DNA of 24,000 bases from an uncultured Gammaproteobacteria bacterium (GCA_929200395.1 CAKMZJ010000022.1:1-24000), one strand, 5' to 3'; numbered from the stretch's first letter, positions 9,663-18,361 are shown. The notes: generated from the sequence alone by a model not told the origin. Made by a program: numbers and translations.

Positions 9663-11291
9663 CTATAAACCGAATGATGCAAATTTTTTAGTATAATATC
9701 TTATTTTTTCTAGTTTTAAGTTTCTATTCTCTTTTGTTGTAAGTTGTCTAGGAGTAATAATATTTAATCTACTTCCCTCACGCTCTTTAGCATATGAAAA
9801 AAGTGCTAAACCAGAAGGATGGATATAAAATTTTGCTACAAAAGTATCTTCTAATAAAGGGAAAAAATTTTTGTATTTTATTGGTGTTATACTACAGTTA
9901 TTGCGTTTATAGTATGGGTCTGTTGCAGATTTTAAAAGTTTATCTTCAATTCCCATGACTTCCAAGTTCATAGAAGTATCGTCGTTTTCAGTATCTTTGC
10001 ATGTTTTTAAAACAAAAATATTTTTTTCATCTAAGGTTAAACCTAATCGATGATAAGAATTATCTAATAATAACATAGCGCAAAACCATTCGCCGTTGAT
10101 TTTATTTAGCATAATCAATTTACGGGCATTATTAATATATATGCATACGCTACCTGAGTTATTAAATGTTAAGCCACGAAAGTATTGGTACATACTAAGT
10201 AAGCCATCATTTTTCTCTTTTAGTTTTGGCAATGATTTTTCTATAAAGTTTTCTTCATTATTACTTCGTGAAAACAAGTGGAGAGATTTATTAGGATAAT
10301 AACCAACTATAGCAGCTAACTCTAAACCATTAGCACTAAAAATAAAAGTAGAAACTTTATTCCCGTAGATGGGTGACTTATGAGGTATATAAGGTATAAT
10401 AAAATTTTCTATGTTATAACTAGAAGAATCTCCGACTTTTATTAAATATGGCTTATAATCTTTGATTAGAAGTAGTTTTTTATCATTACTGCATGGAAAC
10501 ATTATGGCTTTATTTAGAGATAATTTATAAGTTTTATAACCTTCTATATGGTCTATTTTACAGTCCCATAATTTTTTAGTTGTATTTTTGCCTTCTAAGT
10601 TTAGCTGATATAGAACAAATCTTAGGCTGTGTTTTTCAATACGATTATCTAATAAAATTAACAAATTATTTTCTGGGGTAAATTTTAAACATGCTATACT
10701 TTCGTCATTTATACAGTTGATGTCAATTAATTTTGTAAGATTTATAGGATAATCAATGCGGTAAATTTTGATTAAATGCATTGAATCTTTAAACTGAATA
10801 GCACAGTGATTACTTTTAAAATTAACTTTAAATTTTATAATATTATTACTCAAATTCTGTGTAACTGATCCTGTTGCTGTTCTCAATTTTTTAGCTGTAG
10901 ATGCTAATTGTTGAAAAATAAAATTACAAAATGTGTTATCTATATTTTTATTCTCTTTATTGTTTTGTAAATATTCATCTATTTTGAGTTTTGTTTCGGG
11001 ATCAAAATCTTCTAGCATTGGGCCTATAAAAGTTTTATACGAATCTATAGAATAAGACAGGCAGTTATTAGGTACTTGTTGATAAATTTTTCTTTGCAGT
11101 AAAGGGGTTATTAGTAAATAGTTAAATTTACACAAGGTGGTTAATATATATGTTGTTTTAATGTCGCAAAACTTTACTATATTTTCCCAAATTTCTGCTG
11201 GCAAATATCCTTGGTTGTTATTAGTTTCAGTTGTGTCATCTTGATTAACTAAAGTTTCATGTTTTATTGGTTTATTAGGGTAATAGATCAT
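9663..11291 (-). CDS. F-box-like protein with probable beta-propeller C-terminal region
   Basis: N-terminal GYLPAEIWENIVKFCDIKTTYILTTLCKFNYLLITPLLQRKIY fits the F-box pattern (LP.Ei...I..f.d......l...c+....l....l..+.); downstream blade-like repeats such as FSANGLELAAIVG and TFNNSGSVCIYIN. Confidence 0.75.
   Translation of the reverse strand: MIYYPNKPIKHETLVNQDDTTETNNNQGYLPAEIWENIVKFCDIKTTYILTTLCKFNYLLITPLLQRKIYQQVPNNCLSYSIDSYKTFIGPMLEDFDPETKLKIDEYLQNNKENKNIDNTFCNFIFQQLASTAKKLRTATGSVTQNLSNNIIKFKVNFKSNHCAIQFKDSMHLIKIYRIDYPINLTKLIDINCINDESIACLKFTPENNLLILLDNRIEKHSLRFVLYQLNLEGKNTTKKLWDCKIDHIEGYKTYKLSLNKAIMFPCSNDKKLLLIKDYKPYLIKVGDSSSYNIENFIIPYIPHKSPIYGNKVSTFIFSANGLELAAIVGYYPNKSLHLFSRSNNEENFIEKSLPKLKEKNDGLLSMYQYFRGLTFNNSGSVCIYINNARKLIMLNKINGEWFCAMLLLDNSYHRLGLTLDEKNIFVLKTCKDTENDDTSMNLEVMGIEDKLLKSATDPYYKRNNCSITPIKYKNFFPLLEDTFVAKFYIHPSGLALFSYAKEREGSRLNIITPRQLTTKENRNLKLEKIRYYTKKFASFGL
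11079..11207 (-). other. F-box-like motif-encoding segment
   Basis: Residues approx. 29-71 of the 542 aa ORF; see parent CDS. Confidence 0.7.
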
Positions 11292-11378
11292 GATATTTTT
11301 ATTCCTTATATTTTACAGCTAATATTGACTTTATGCGCCATCTACCTGAAAAGACGTATCTTCAAGTAAAGTATTAAT

Positions 11379-12587
11379 TTAACCCTGTAATTCTGAAATC
11401 TCTATTCTCCATGTAATAGAAGCACCAAACTTATCGACATACCACTTACTAAGTCCTTTATCTGTAAAAAATTCTTTAAAATCTATAAAAGACTGTGGGG
11501 TATCAATCTTGTTATGTCTGTACATAGAGTTTAAGGTTGTAATTTGTGAAAAGGTAAATGATTGCTGAGACATCAATACCTTTTCTATTGAGGATAAATA
11601 AGCATAAATAGATACTTGATATTTTAGCTTATGGAAATTAAATGATTCGATATAAAAACCTTGTTGTTCTCTGTTTCGGAAGCGCATAGGGACTTCTTCC
11701 AAAGGAATATCATCATCATATTTATTATTAATCACTGCATCATAATAAGCATAATCCTCTGGTTTTTTTATAAATAATAAATTTTGTTCATCTATGGTGA
11801 TATATACAGTAGAAAAAATAAATTTTCTTTCTGATGGATATTCATCACTTGGAGCAAATTCATATATAGGCATGGAAAGTAATTCTTTTTGGGTATTTGT
11901 AACAATGTGACTATGTATAAAATGTTCGGCGCATCTTGCACTTTCTTCCTTTCTTGTATTATTTAGCAATCTATTACGAACAAATAATGGCGGAAGGGTA
12001 GAATTTATATGTTTCCATTCAACAAATTCTTCAGGGCATTGTTGTTTATGCTTTTTAAAATCTATTTGTTCTTCGTTAGTTAACTTAGTTTTACATTTAG
12101 AGCATTTTATTACAGCGCAAGCATTCATTTCAGGTGATACTTTTCTATCGATTAATGTTTGTTCACCACAACAAAGCTCTAAATGTGCTTCTAGCTTAGT
12201 TAAACGTAAAGTATCACCACAATTTTTAGGGCAAATACATATAACATTATACTTCATGTCATTGATTGTTCTTCTTGCTTGTTTATCCTCTATAAATTCA
12301 GAATCTTCTGTTAATGATTCTTTACACATAGGACATGTAGAATTTTTATACTCATCGGTGCATTTTCTACAAAACAAGTGCCTTTCATCTAAGGTTAAAG
12401 CTACTTTATTACATAAAGATACAGGGTCTTCAGGTATTTCCATGCAAATTATACATTTAGGATGAAAATTTTCAGTACTTATTATTTTTACAGATGGATA
12501 TTTATGAGCAAGCTCAGTATTAGTAAAATTTGTTGATAAACTAGGTAAAATAGTCAAATCATTATTGTTTAAAGTTATGTTTTGCAT
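11379..12587 (-). CDS. RING-finger plus TRAF-type zinc finger protein (candidate E3 ligase effector), copy A
   Basis: CIICMEIPEDPVSLCNKVALTLDERHLFCRKCTDEYKNSTCPMC followed by CPKNCGDTLRLTKLEAHLELC and CSKCKTKLTNEEQIDFKKHKQQC; paralog of 15860..17071. Confidence 0.85.
   Translation of the reverse strand: MQNITLNNNDLTILPSLSTNFTNTELAHKYPSVKIISTENFHPKCIICMEIPEDPVSLCNKVALTLDERHLFCRKCTDEYKNSTCPMCKESLTEDSEFIEDKQARRTINDMKYNVICICPKNCGDTLRLTKLEAHLELCCGEQTLIDRKVSPEMNACAVIKCSKCKTKLTNEEQIDFKKHKQQCPEEFVEWKHINSTLPPLFVRNRLLNNTRKEESARCAEHFIHSHIVTNTQKELLSMPIYEFAPSDEYPSERKFIFSTVYITIDEQNLLFIKKPEDYAYYDAVINNKYDDDIPLEEVPMRFRNREQQGFYIESFNFHKLKYQVSIYAYLSSIEKVLMSQQSFTFSQITTLNSMYRHNKIDTPQSFIDFKEFFTDKGLSKWYVDKFGASITWRIEISELQG
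12036..12233 (-). other. TRAF-type/C2HC-like zinc-finger pair, copy A
   Basis: C119x3C123-H135x3C139 and C162xxC165-H180x3C184, all conserved in the paralog. Confidence 0.65.
12324..12455 (-). other. RING-type zinc-binding domain, copy A
   Basis: C45xxC48-C59-H70xxC73xxC76-C85xxC88 spacing. Confidence 0.8.
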
Positions 12588-12749
12588 ATATTTTTGTTTA
12601 ATCCAATTGTTGTTAAAAGTTATTTTTATATCATTAGTTATGACATCTACTGACCATAAAAATTCAATAAATAAAATATTTAATTATTAATATTTTAAAA
12701 GGTAAAACTTTTAGTTTTTAAATTATGCAAAATAACAGTTAAAACAGAG

Positions 12750-14126
12750 TTAATTATCCCAGTTATCTTGATCAGATTCATCGCTTGAACTATCTTCATG
12801 TATGCTTGAGTATCGATTATTTATTGCAACTAATAAAGAATCATAAAGTGTTTCATGATTACTAGATTTAGCTGAATGTGTTTTTTTATTATTAGTTATA
12901 TTTTCTGAGTTAACTTTTTTAAGTGGTATCCCTTGTTTAATTGCTTCCAGTAACGTATCTCTATTACGAGAAGTATCTAAGGTTGTTGATTTATTATTTG
13001 ATAAATATTTCACGTCTTTTTTTATCATAGTATTAAAATAATATTGATGTTTTTCAACTATATGCATCAATATTTTTAATTCTTCAATGCTCTGCATAAA
13101 ATTTGGTCTTGATTTTTTTATTGTATAAATAATTTCTGTTAAATAAGGTATATCAATTTTATTATTTAAAAAATAATCTCGCATCATATTATTAATAGCA
13201 ATAAAAACTCCTGTTTTTATTACACCTAAATTGCAATTAACTACAATAGGTTGTTTATTAAAATTTCTAAAGATGGGTAAATTAACGATATATTTAATGA
13301 CAGCTGACAGTTTTGTGGCTCTTAAAGGATCAATAACTAAATCGTTTTTCCATCCTAAATCGTAAATACGTATATGAGGTAATTTATTTATTTCTAAAAA
13401 ATCTATGAGTATATTAGCTCTTGAATTTGATATGAAGTCTATTTTTGTTATAGATACTGCTTTTGCAATAACCATTTTATTAGATTTAATTTTACGTATA
13501 GTAATAGGTTTATTAAACTCATACGGAGGCAATATATGATTAGTAGCGTTATCGGAATTGAATTTTTCACTATCAACTAAGGAGATCGATATAAAACTAT
13601 TATTTTCTGCTAACATTCTGATGAAATGCTTGCTTGTATCTTTATCATTAAGTTTAGTAGTAGGACCTTGTGCTGCTATATAACTTCCTTGCGATAACTG
13701 TATTTTATTAGCATGGTATATATTCCCTTTAGTTGCTGAACTAGCTATAGGACATAATATATTTTGTGCTTTATTGTTATGTTTTATTATTTGGCCATGA
13801 TCATAATTATTAAATTTAGATTGAATAGTATTTAGTTGTTCTGTTAACTGTTCTTGCGGGGAATTAAAATCTAAATTTTTAGTTTTTAACTTATTAAAAA
13901 TAAAGTTTATGGTTTTTTCTATACGAGATAAATTTTTTTTAGAAAATATTTCTGTTACTGATTTTGTTATTTGGTTGTTATTTTGGTTTGTAGAAGCGGA
14001 TTCTATATTTAATTGAGAATGGTTTAAATATACATTATGTGTTGAATTTATGTTTGTACCATTCAAATTATAATTATCATTAGGTGTGCTAATGCTAGTA
14101 AATTGCATGCTTGCATTGTTAATCAT
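12750..14126 (-). CDS. divergent classical protein tyrosine phosphatase-like protein, probable pseudophosphatase
   Basis: NNKAQNILCPIA (cf. KNRYxNI), IYHANKIQLSQGSYIAAQGPT (cf. YINANY...YIAxQGP), YDLGWKNDLVID (WPD-loop position), PIVVNCNLGVIKTGVFIA (cf. VHCSAGVGRTGTF). Confidence 0.8.
   Translation of the reverse strand: MINNASMQFTSISTPNDNYNLNGTNINSTHNVYLNHSQLNIESASTNQNNNQITKSVTEIFSKKNLSRIEKTINFIFNKLKTKNLDFNSPQEQLTEQLNTIQSKFNNYDHGQIIKHNNKAQNILCPIASSATKGNIYHANKIQLSQGSYIAAQGPTTKLNDKDTSKHFIRMLAENNSFISISLVDSEKFNSDNATNHILPPYEFNKPITIRKIKSNKMVIAKAVSITKIDFISNSRANILIDFLEINKLPHIRIYDLGWKNDLVIDPLRATKLSAVIKYIVNLPIFRNFNKQPIVVNCNLGVIKTGVFIAINNMMRDYFLNNKIDIPYLTEIIYTIKKSRPNFMQSIEELKILMHIVEKHQYYFNTMIKKDVKYLSNNKSTTLDTSRNRDTLLEAIKQGIPLKKVNSENITNNKKTHSAKSSNHETLYDSLLVAINNRYSSIHEDSSSDESDQDNWDN
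13200..13250 (-). other. altered PTP signature loop VVNCNLGVIKTG
   Basis: Cys codon at 13233..13235; the position of the invariant Arg is Lys (codon 13215..13217). Confidence 0.8.
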
Positions 14127-14378
14127 CGATAAGCCTTTAATTTTAGTAAGATATTATTAAAAAAACCGCCTAAATTATATTAAATTTAATCTTTTTATTC
14201 GATTTTAAGTTTTATATTTTAAGGTGTATCTATTATGGAATAGATTATAATATCACATGAAAATAATTTAATTTAAACTTTTATTGTGATGTGTTTTCTA
14301 AGCTGTTTAGTTTGACTAAAAGTAAATATTTGTTATAGTTTACTCTTATCATAGAAAAATAATAAAAAGGTGAGGTAA

Positions 14379-15791
14379 ATGAAATTTAGTTTATTAGCAG
14401 TATTACTTGCTAAAATGTTAATGCTAACACAGGTACAACTTTATCCATTCGAAACAAACTATACTGAAGTAGATAACCCTAACTTATTAAATAATACTGT
14501 ATCTTCTCAAATAAATCAATCATTAGTAAATATAGCAGATTATAAGTCTACAGATGTTTTATCTAGGGTGAAGCGGGCAGCTAGAGGTGGTGGTTATTCT
14601 GGGGGTCGTGGCGGTGGTGGTAGAAGCAGTTTAGGACGTGGCGGAAGATCATATAGAGGTTCATACAGAAGTAAATCTAATTCATATACAAGGAGTCGGT
14701 CGTCGTACAGAGTATCAAAAAATTATTTTACTGGTAAAAAATGGTACAATTTAAACGGCAAGCCAGTTAATTTATATAAAGGATTATTATATACTAAATC
14801 AGGGGCAATAAAACGGTTTGTAACAACCTCTAAAGGCATAAAATATAAAATAAATAATGTTAATAATTGGTTAAATATAAAAACTAAAGATAAAGTTATA
14901 ATCAGCACCTTACCTAAAATCGTGCAGTATAGGAAGAATAATAACTTGTTTAAATTAGCTGTTTGTAATTTTTATTTCAATTATCATTGGAATAATCCAC
15001 TAGAAATACATTTTCTATATCATAAAAATAATAATCCTTTTAAATTGTTATTTATGCCAAACTATAAAGATAAATCTATGATAGATATAGGATATTACGA
15101 TATTAATAAACCAAATAATAATTTTGCTAATAGCACATCGGAAGCAAATCATACTACAGCTGAAGCAAAAATAGCTAGAACTTTTATAAAGCTGGGATCT
15201 ATACCTAGAGGTAGTCATATTAGTTTTGCTGTATTGAATCAAGCATCAGTAAATAACCCAGTCTCAAAAACAGTTTTACCTAAAAGTAATAATACTGAAA
15301 TAGCAGATTATAACACTACAGCAGAGTATAACATAACCAGTTTACCACACAATATTACTAAAAATAATGCCACAACAGTTTTGCCAATTCCTGTTATTAT
15401 AAATCCAAATAGTACTGATATAAACCATATGCAAAACATTACATCGCCGATAAACTCAACAGTTTCTTATGATGCTAATAACATTACTCAGGTTAATTCA
15501 TTATTAACTCAACAAAATGTTTTAAATGCCCCTTCGCAGCTTGTTATAATGACTGATAATAAGATTATTAAAAAAATTCCTTTGCCTCAAAAAGTCGATT
15601 ATTTTCTTATTAATAGCAATAATGATACTATTTTAACTTATTCTATGAATAGCCCTAAAATAGAGAGAAAACGCAACAATAATAATAACAATAATACTTG
15701 GTGGTATTGGGGAGCGGCAACTACAGGAAAAGATATTAATTATATGTTGCTATCAGCTTTAGCTTTAATGAGTATAAAATCATTACTTTAA
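14379..15791 (+). CDS. predicted secreted or surface protein with RG/GGR-rich segment and hydrophobic C-terminus
   Basis: AGGTGAGG upstream of ATG; signal peptide-like MKFSLLAVLLAKMLMLTQVQ; RVKRAARGGGYSGGRGGGGRSSLGRGGRSYRGSYRSKS; C-terminal YMLLSALALMSIKSLL. Confidence 0.75.
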   Translation: MKFSLLAVLLAKMLMLTQVQLYPFETNYTEVDNPNLLNNTVSSQINQSLVNIADYKSTDVLSRVKRAARGGGYSGGRGGGGRSSLGRGGRSYRGSYRSKSNSYTRSRSSYRVSKNYFTGKKWYNLNGKPVNLYKGLLYTKSGAIKRFVTTSKGIKYKINNVNNWLNIKTKDKVIISTLPKIVQYRKNNNLFKLAVCNFYFNYHWNNPLEIHFLYHKNNNPFKLLFMPNYKDKSMIDIGYYDINKPNNNFANSTSEANHTTAEAKIARTFIKLGSIPRGSHISFAVLNQASVNNPVSKTVLPKSNNTEIADYNTTAEYNITSLPHNITKNNATTVLPIPVIINPNSTDINHMQNITSPINSTVSYDANNITQVNSLLTQQNVLNAPSQLVIMTDNKIIKKIPLPQKVDYFLINSNNDTILTYSMNSPKIERKRNNNNNNNTWWYWGAATTGKDINYMLLSALALMSIKSLL

Positions 15792-15819
15792 CAGGATAAA
15801 AATAATTTTGCTCTTAACG

Positions 15820-15856
15820 AACCCACCGCCATTTCATTTAGGGTGGGGTATTTTGA
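15820..15856. terminator. terminator-like hairpin between convergent genes
   Basis: CCCACC (15822..15827) / GGTGGG (15842..15847) inverted repeat followed by T-rich sequence (TATTTTGAGTTTTT), lying between convergent ORFs 14379..15791(+) and 15860..17071(-). Confidence 0.55.
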
Positions 15857-15859
15857 GTT

Positions 15860-17071
15860 TTATTTAGCTGTAGTTTCTGCTAGTTCTATTCTCCATATTA
15901 TAGAGGAACCAAGTTTATCGGTATATAATTTACTAAGCCCTTTATCTGTAAAAAACTCTTTAACATCTATAAAAGATTGTGGAGTATCAGTCTTGCTATA
16001 TGAATACATAGAATTTAAAGTACTAATGCTTGAATAAGTAAATGCTTGTTGGCATACTAATATCGATTCTCTTTCAGATAAATGAGCATAAATAGATAAT
16101 CTATAGTTTAAATCAGGATGGTTTTTATCTGAAGGTATAAAACCAATTTCTTGTTCGTTTCGAAAACGTTTTGGAATACTGTTTTCGGTTATCTTATTAT
16201 TAGTAAAATGGTGTGTTTCTCGGTTAACACTAAAATGATTATTTTTTTTTGTTGTAATAACTAATAAATGCTGTTCATTGATTGATACTGTTGCCTCTGC
16301 AGAAATAAATTGTATTTCTTTAAGATTTTGATTATCTAAAGGAAATTCATATATAGGTAGAGAAATTAATTCTAATTTCTTTGAAGTTACAAAATTATGA
16401 TTAACCTTTATACAAGATTTAGCTTGTTCTTTGTATTTATCAATATTAAATAATCTTTTACGAATAGCTAAAGAAGGAAATATAGAATTTTTAGTTTTAT
16501 ATTCAGCAAATTCTTCAGGACATATTTCTGTATGTTTTGCTAAATCTATTTGCTCTGTATCAGTTAATTTTGCTTTACATTCGGAGCATTGTGTTACGTT
16601 ATTGATGCTAGTTACAACTGATAATTTTCTGTCACTTAATACTTGTTTGCCGTTACAAATTTTTAAATGAGTTTCTATTTTATTAAAAGATAAAATATTA
16701 CCACAATTTTTAGGGCAAATAGCTAGAACATTACATTTCATGTCATTGATTGATTTTCTTGCTTGTATGTCTTCTATAAATTTAATATTTTCTGTTAATG
16801 AATCATTACACAAAGGGCAGTTAGAATTTTCATAATTAGCGGTGCATTTTCTACAAAACAAGTGTCTTTCATCTAGGGTTATGTTTATTTTATTACATAA
16901 AGATACAGGATCTTCAGGTATTTGTAAGCAAATTATACATTTTGGGAAAAAATTTTCGCTTGCTATTATGTTGACAGACGGATACTCTTTAGCAAAAGCG
17001 TTATTAGTAAAATTAGTTTGTAAGCTAGGTAAACCAGAAAGTTGACTACTCGTTAAAGTTAAGTTTTGCAT
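15860..17071 (-). CDS. RING-finger plus TRAF-type zinc finger protein (candidate E3 ligase effector), copy B
   Basis: CIICLQIPEDPVSLCNKINITLDERHLFCRKCTANYENSNCPLC; CPKNCGNILSFNKIETHLKIC; CSECKAKLTDTEQIDLAKHTEIC; same length and architecture as copy A. Confidence 0.85.
   Translation of the reverse strand: MQNLTLTSSQLSGLPSLQTNFTNNAFAKEYPSVNIIASENFFPKCIICLQIPEDPVSLCNKINITLDERHLFCRKCTANYENSNCPLCNDSLTENIKFIEDIQARKSINDMKCNVLAICPKNCGNILSFNKIETHLKICNGKQVLSDRKLSVVTSINNVTQCSECKAKLTDTEQIDLAKHTEICPEEFAEYKTKNSIFPSLAIRKRLFNIDKYKEQAKSCIKVNHNFVTSKKLELISLPIYEFPLDNQNLKEIQFISAEATVSINEQHLLVITTKKNNHFSVNRETHHFTNNKITENSIPKRFRNEQEIGFIPSDKNHPDLNYRLSIYAHLSERESILVCQQAFTYSSISTLNSMYSYSKTDTPQSFIDVKEFFTDKGLSKLYTDKLGSSIIWRIELAETTAK
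16808..16939 (-). other. RING-type zinc-binding domain, copy B
   Basis: Same Cys/His spacing as copy A. Confidence 0.8.
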
Positions 17072-17245
17072 ATTTATTCTTAGTATTCGATAAGTTGTTA
17101 TTAAAATGTGTCTATATGTTAGTAATTTAGAAATAGCTAATAAAATATAAATAAATTGTACCTAAAACTATATAGGTATTATTATTATAAAATAGTTAAT
17201 TGTTTTAGTTGAAGATACGGGTTTTTAGCAAGTAATTCAAATAAC

Positions 17246-18361
17246 CTAGTTTATTATCAGCCCTTGAACAACTGAAAACATAAGTTGATTACTAGTGTTG
17301 TCTATCAAAGCATACGCATCATGATCAAAAAAGACACCTACTTTGGTATCATCTATGAATAATGATTCCATAGGTACATATCCTGTTACAGTATTATAAA
17401 CTAATCTGTAACTAAATATATCATTGTCTGCGATATTATATTCTAGATGATAATTACGGCATCTATTTTTTCTAGTAGTTTCTTGCCAGGTATTTTTTAT
17501 TAGTTCAAAAGATTTATAACTATTTTTATGAAAAACTGCTAGCTTATCACCTTTATAGTTTAAACAGATACTTGTTATTAGATTAGAAGAATTATGATAA
17601 TATATTTTTTCATTTTTTTTATAGGGAGACATAGTAATAATTTGTACTGAAACCTTATCTCTGCAAACTAATATCGATCCGTCATTATTGTAGCATTCAG
17701 GAATACTAATACAATTATCTATACTATATTCAACATTCCAATTATTATTATTTTCACTGATAACACATAAATTCTTGTTTTTTAATAAAGCAATAACTTT
17801 ATTGTTATATTGATTTAAACAAATACCCTCTATTTCATCATTTAATTCAAGATTACATATGTCATCTTTTAAATTACTAGTATTTTTGCACTTACTAGGA
17901 ATATCAACTATTTGTAATTTATTATTAGAAAAATTAGCTACTGTTATAGTGTCTTCTGCTTTAGTAGCAGATAGACATTTAGCTGCAAATGGTAATTTTT
18001 TAGTATTTCTGTTTTTTATTGCATAAACCTTATGCTGTTTTTTACCTTTAGAAAAATTAATATTATGCAACTCAGTGTTATTTTTATTTTCTGTAATGAC
18101 AAATAATTTATCGCTAGTTTGACTAAAGCACATATCGCATATTTTATTATTTTTAGAATGCTTAAAAAAATATGAAGGTTCATCAGAAGGCTCTTGTCTA
18201 CTATTGTTTTTAGATATACCAATTACGCTAATTACGCGATATGTAAAAAAATAACCTTCGTAAACTGAGGTAAAAGCTCCCCAATTATTATTAGGGCTAA
18301 TAGCTTTTTTCTCAAGTAATATTGGAGTTGATATAGTAGGTATTGTTTTAATATCTTGCAT
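17246..18361 (-). CDS. WD40/beta-propeller-like hypothetical protein
   Basis: Irregular blade-like repeats (CLNQYNNKVIALLKNKN, CYNNDGSILVCRDK, CLNYKGDKLAVFHKNSYKSFELI); resembles the C-terminal region of the F-box ORF in style. Confidence 0.5.
   Translation of the reverse strand: MQDIKTIPTISTPILLEKKAISPNNNWGAFTSVYEGYFFTYRVISVIGISKNNSRQEPSDEPSYFFKHSKNNKICDMCFSQTSDKLFVITENKNNTELHNINFSKGKKQHKVYAIKNRNTKKLPFAAKCLSATKAEDTITVANFSNNKLQIVDIPSKCKNTSNLKDDICNLELNDEIEGICLNQYNNKVIALLKNKNLCVISENNNNWNVEYSIDNCISIPECYNNDGSILVCRDKVSVQIITMSPYKKNEKIYYHNSSNLITSICLNYKGDKLAVFHKNSYKSFELIKNTWQETTRKNRCRNYHLEYNIADNDIFSYRLVYNTVTGYVPMESLFIDDTKVGVFFDHDAYALIDNTSNQLMFSVVQGLIIN

Noticed and set aside
10096-10299. Plus-strand ORF opposite the F-box gene
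   Set aside because: Antisense shadow ORF without motifs.
14160-14378. Possible toxin-antitoxin or CRISPR-like structure in AT-rich intergenic DNA
   Set aside because: No regularly spaced direct repeats or small gene pairs were found here or elsewhere in the window.
14723-15242. Minus-strand hydrophobic ORFs 14723..14908 and 15048..15242
   Set aside because: Hydrophobicity arises from reading A-rich coding sequence in antisense; the plus-strand gene has a strong SD and a signal peptide.
15843-17045. Plus-strand ORFs 15843..16037, 16431..16670 and 16842..17045, plus 12256..12465
   Set aside because: Antisense to the two RING-TRAF genes. The similar peptides in 12256..12465 and 16842..17045 arise because the sense genes are paralogous.
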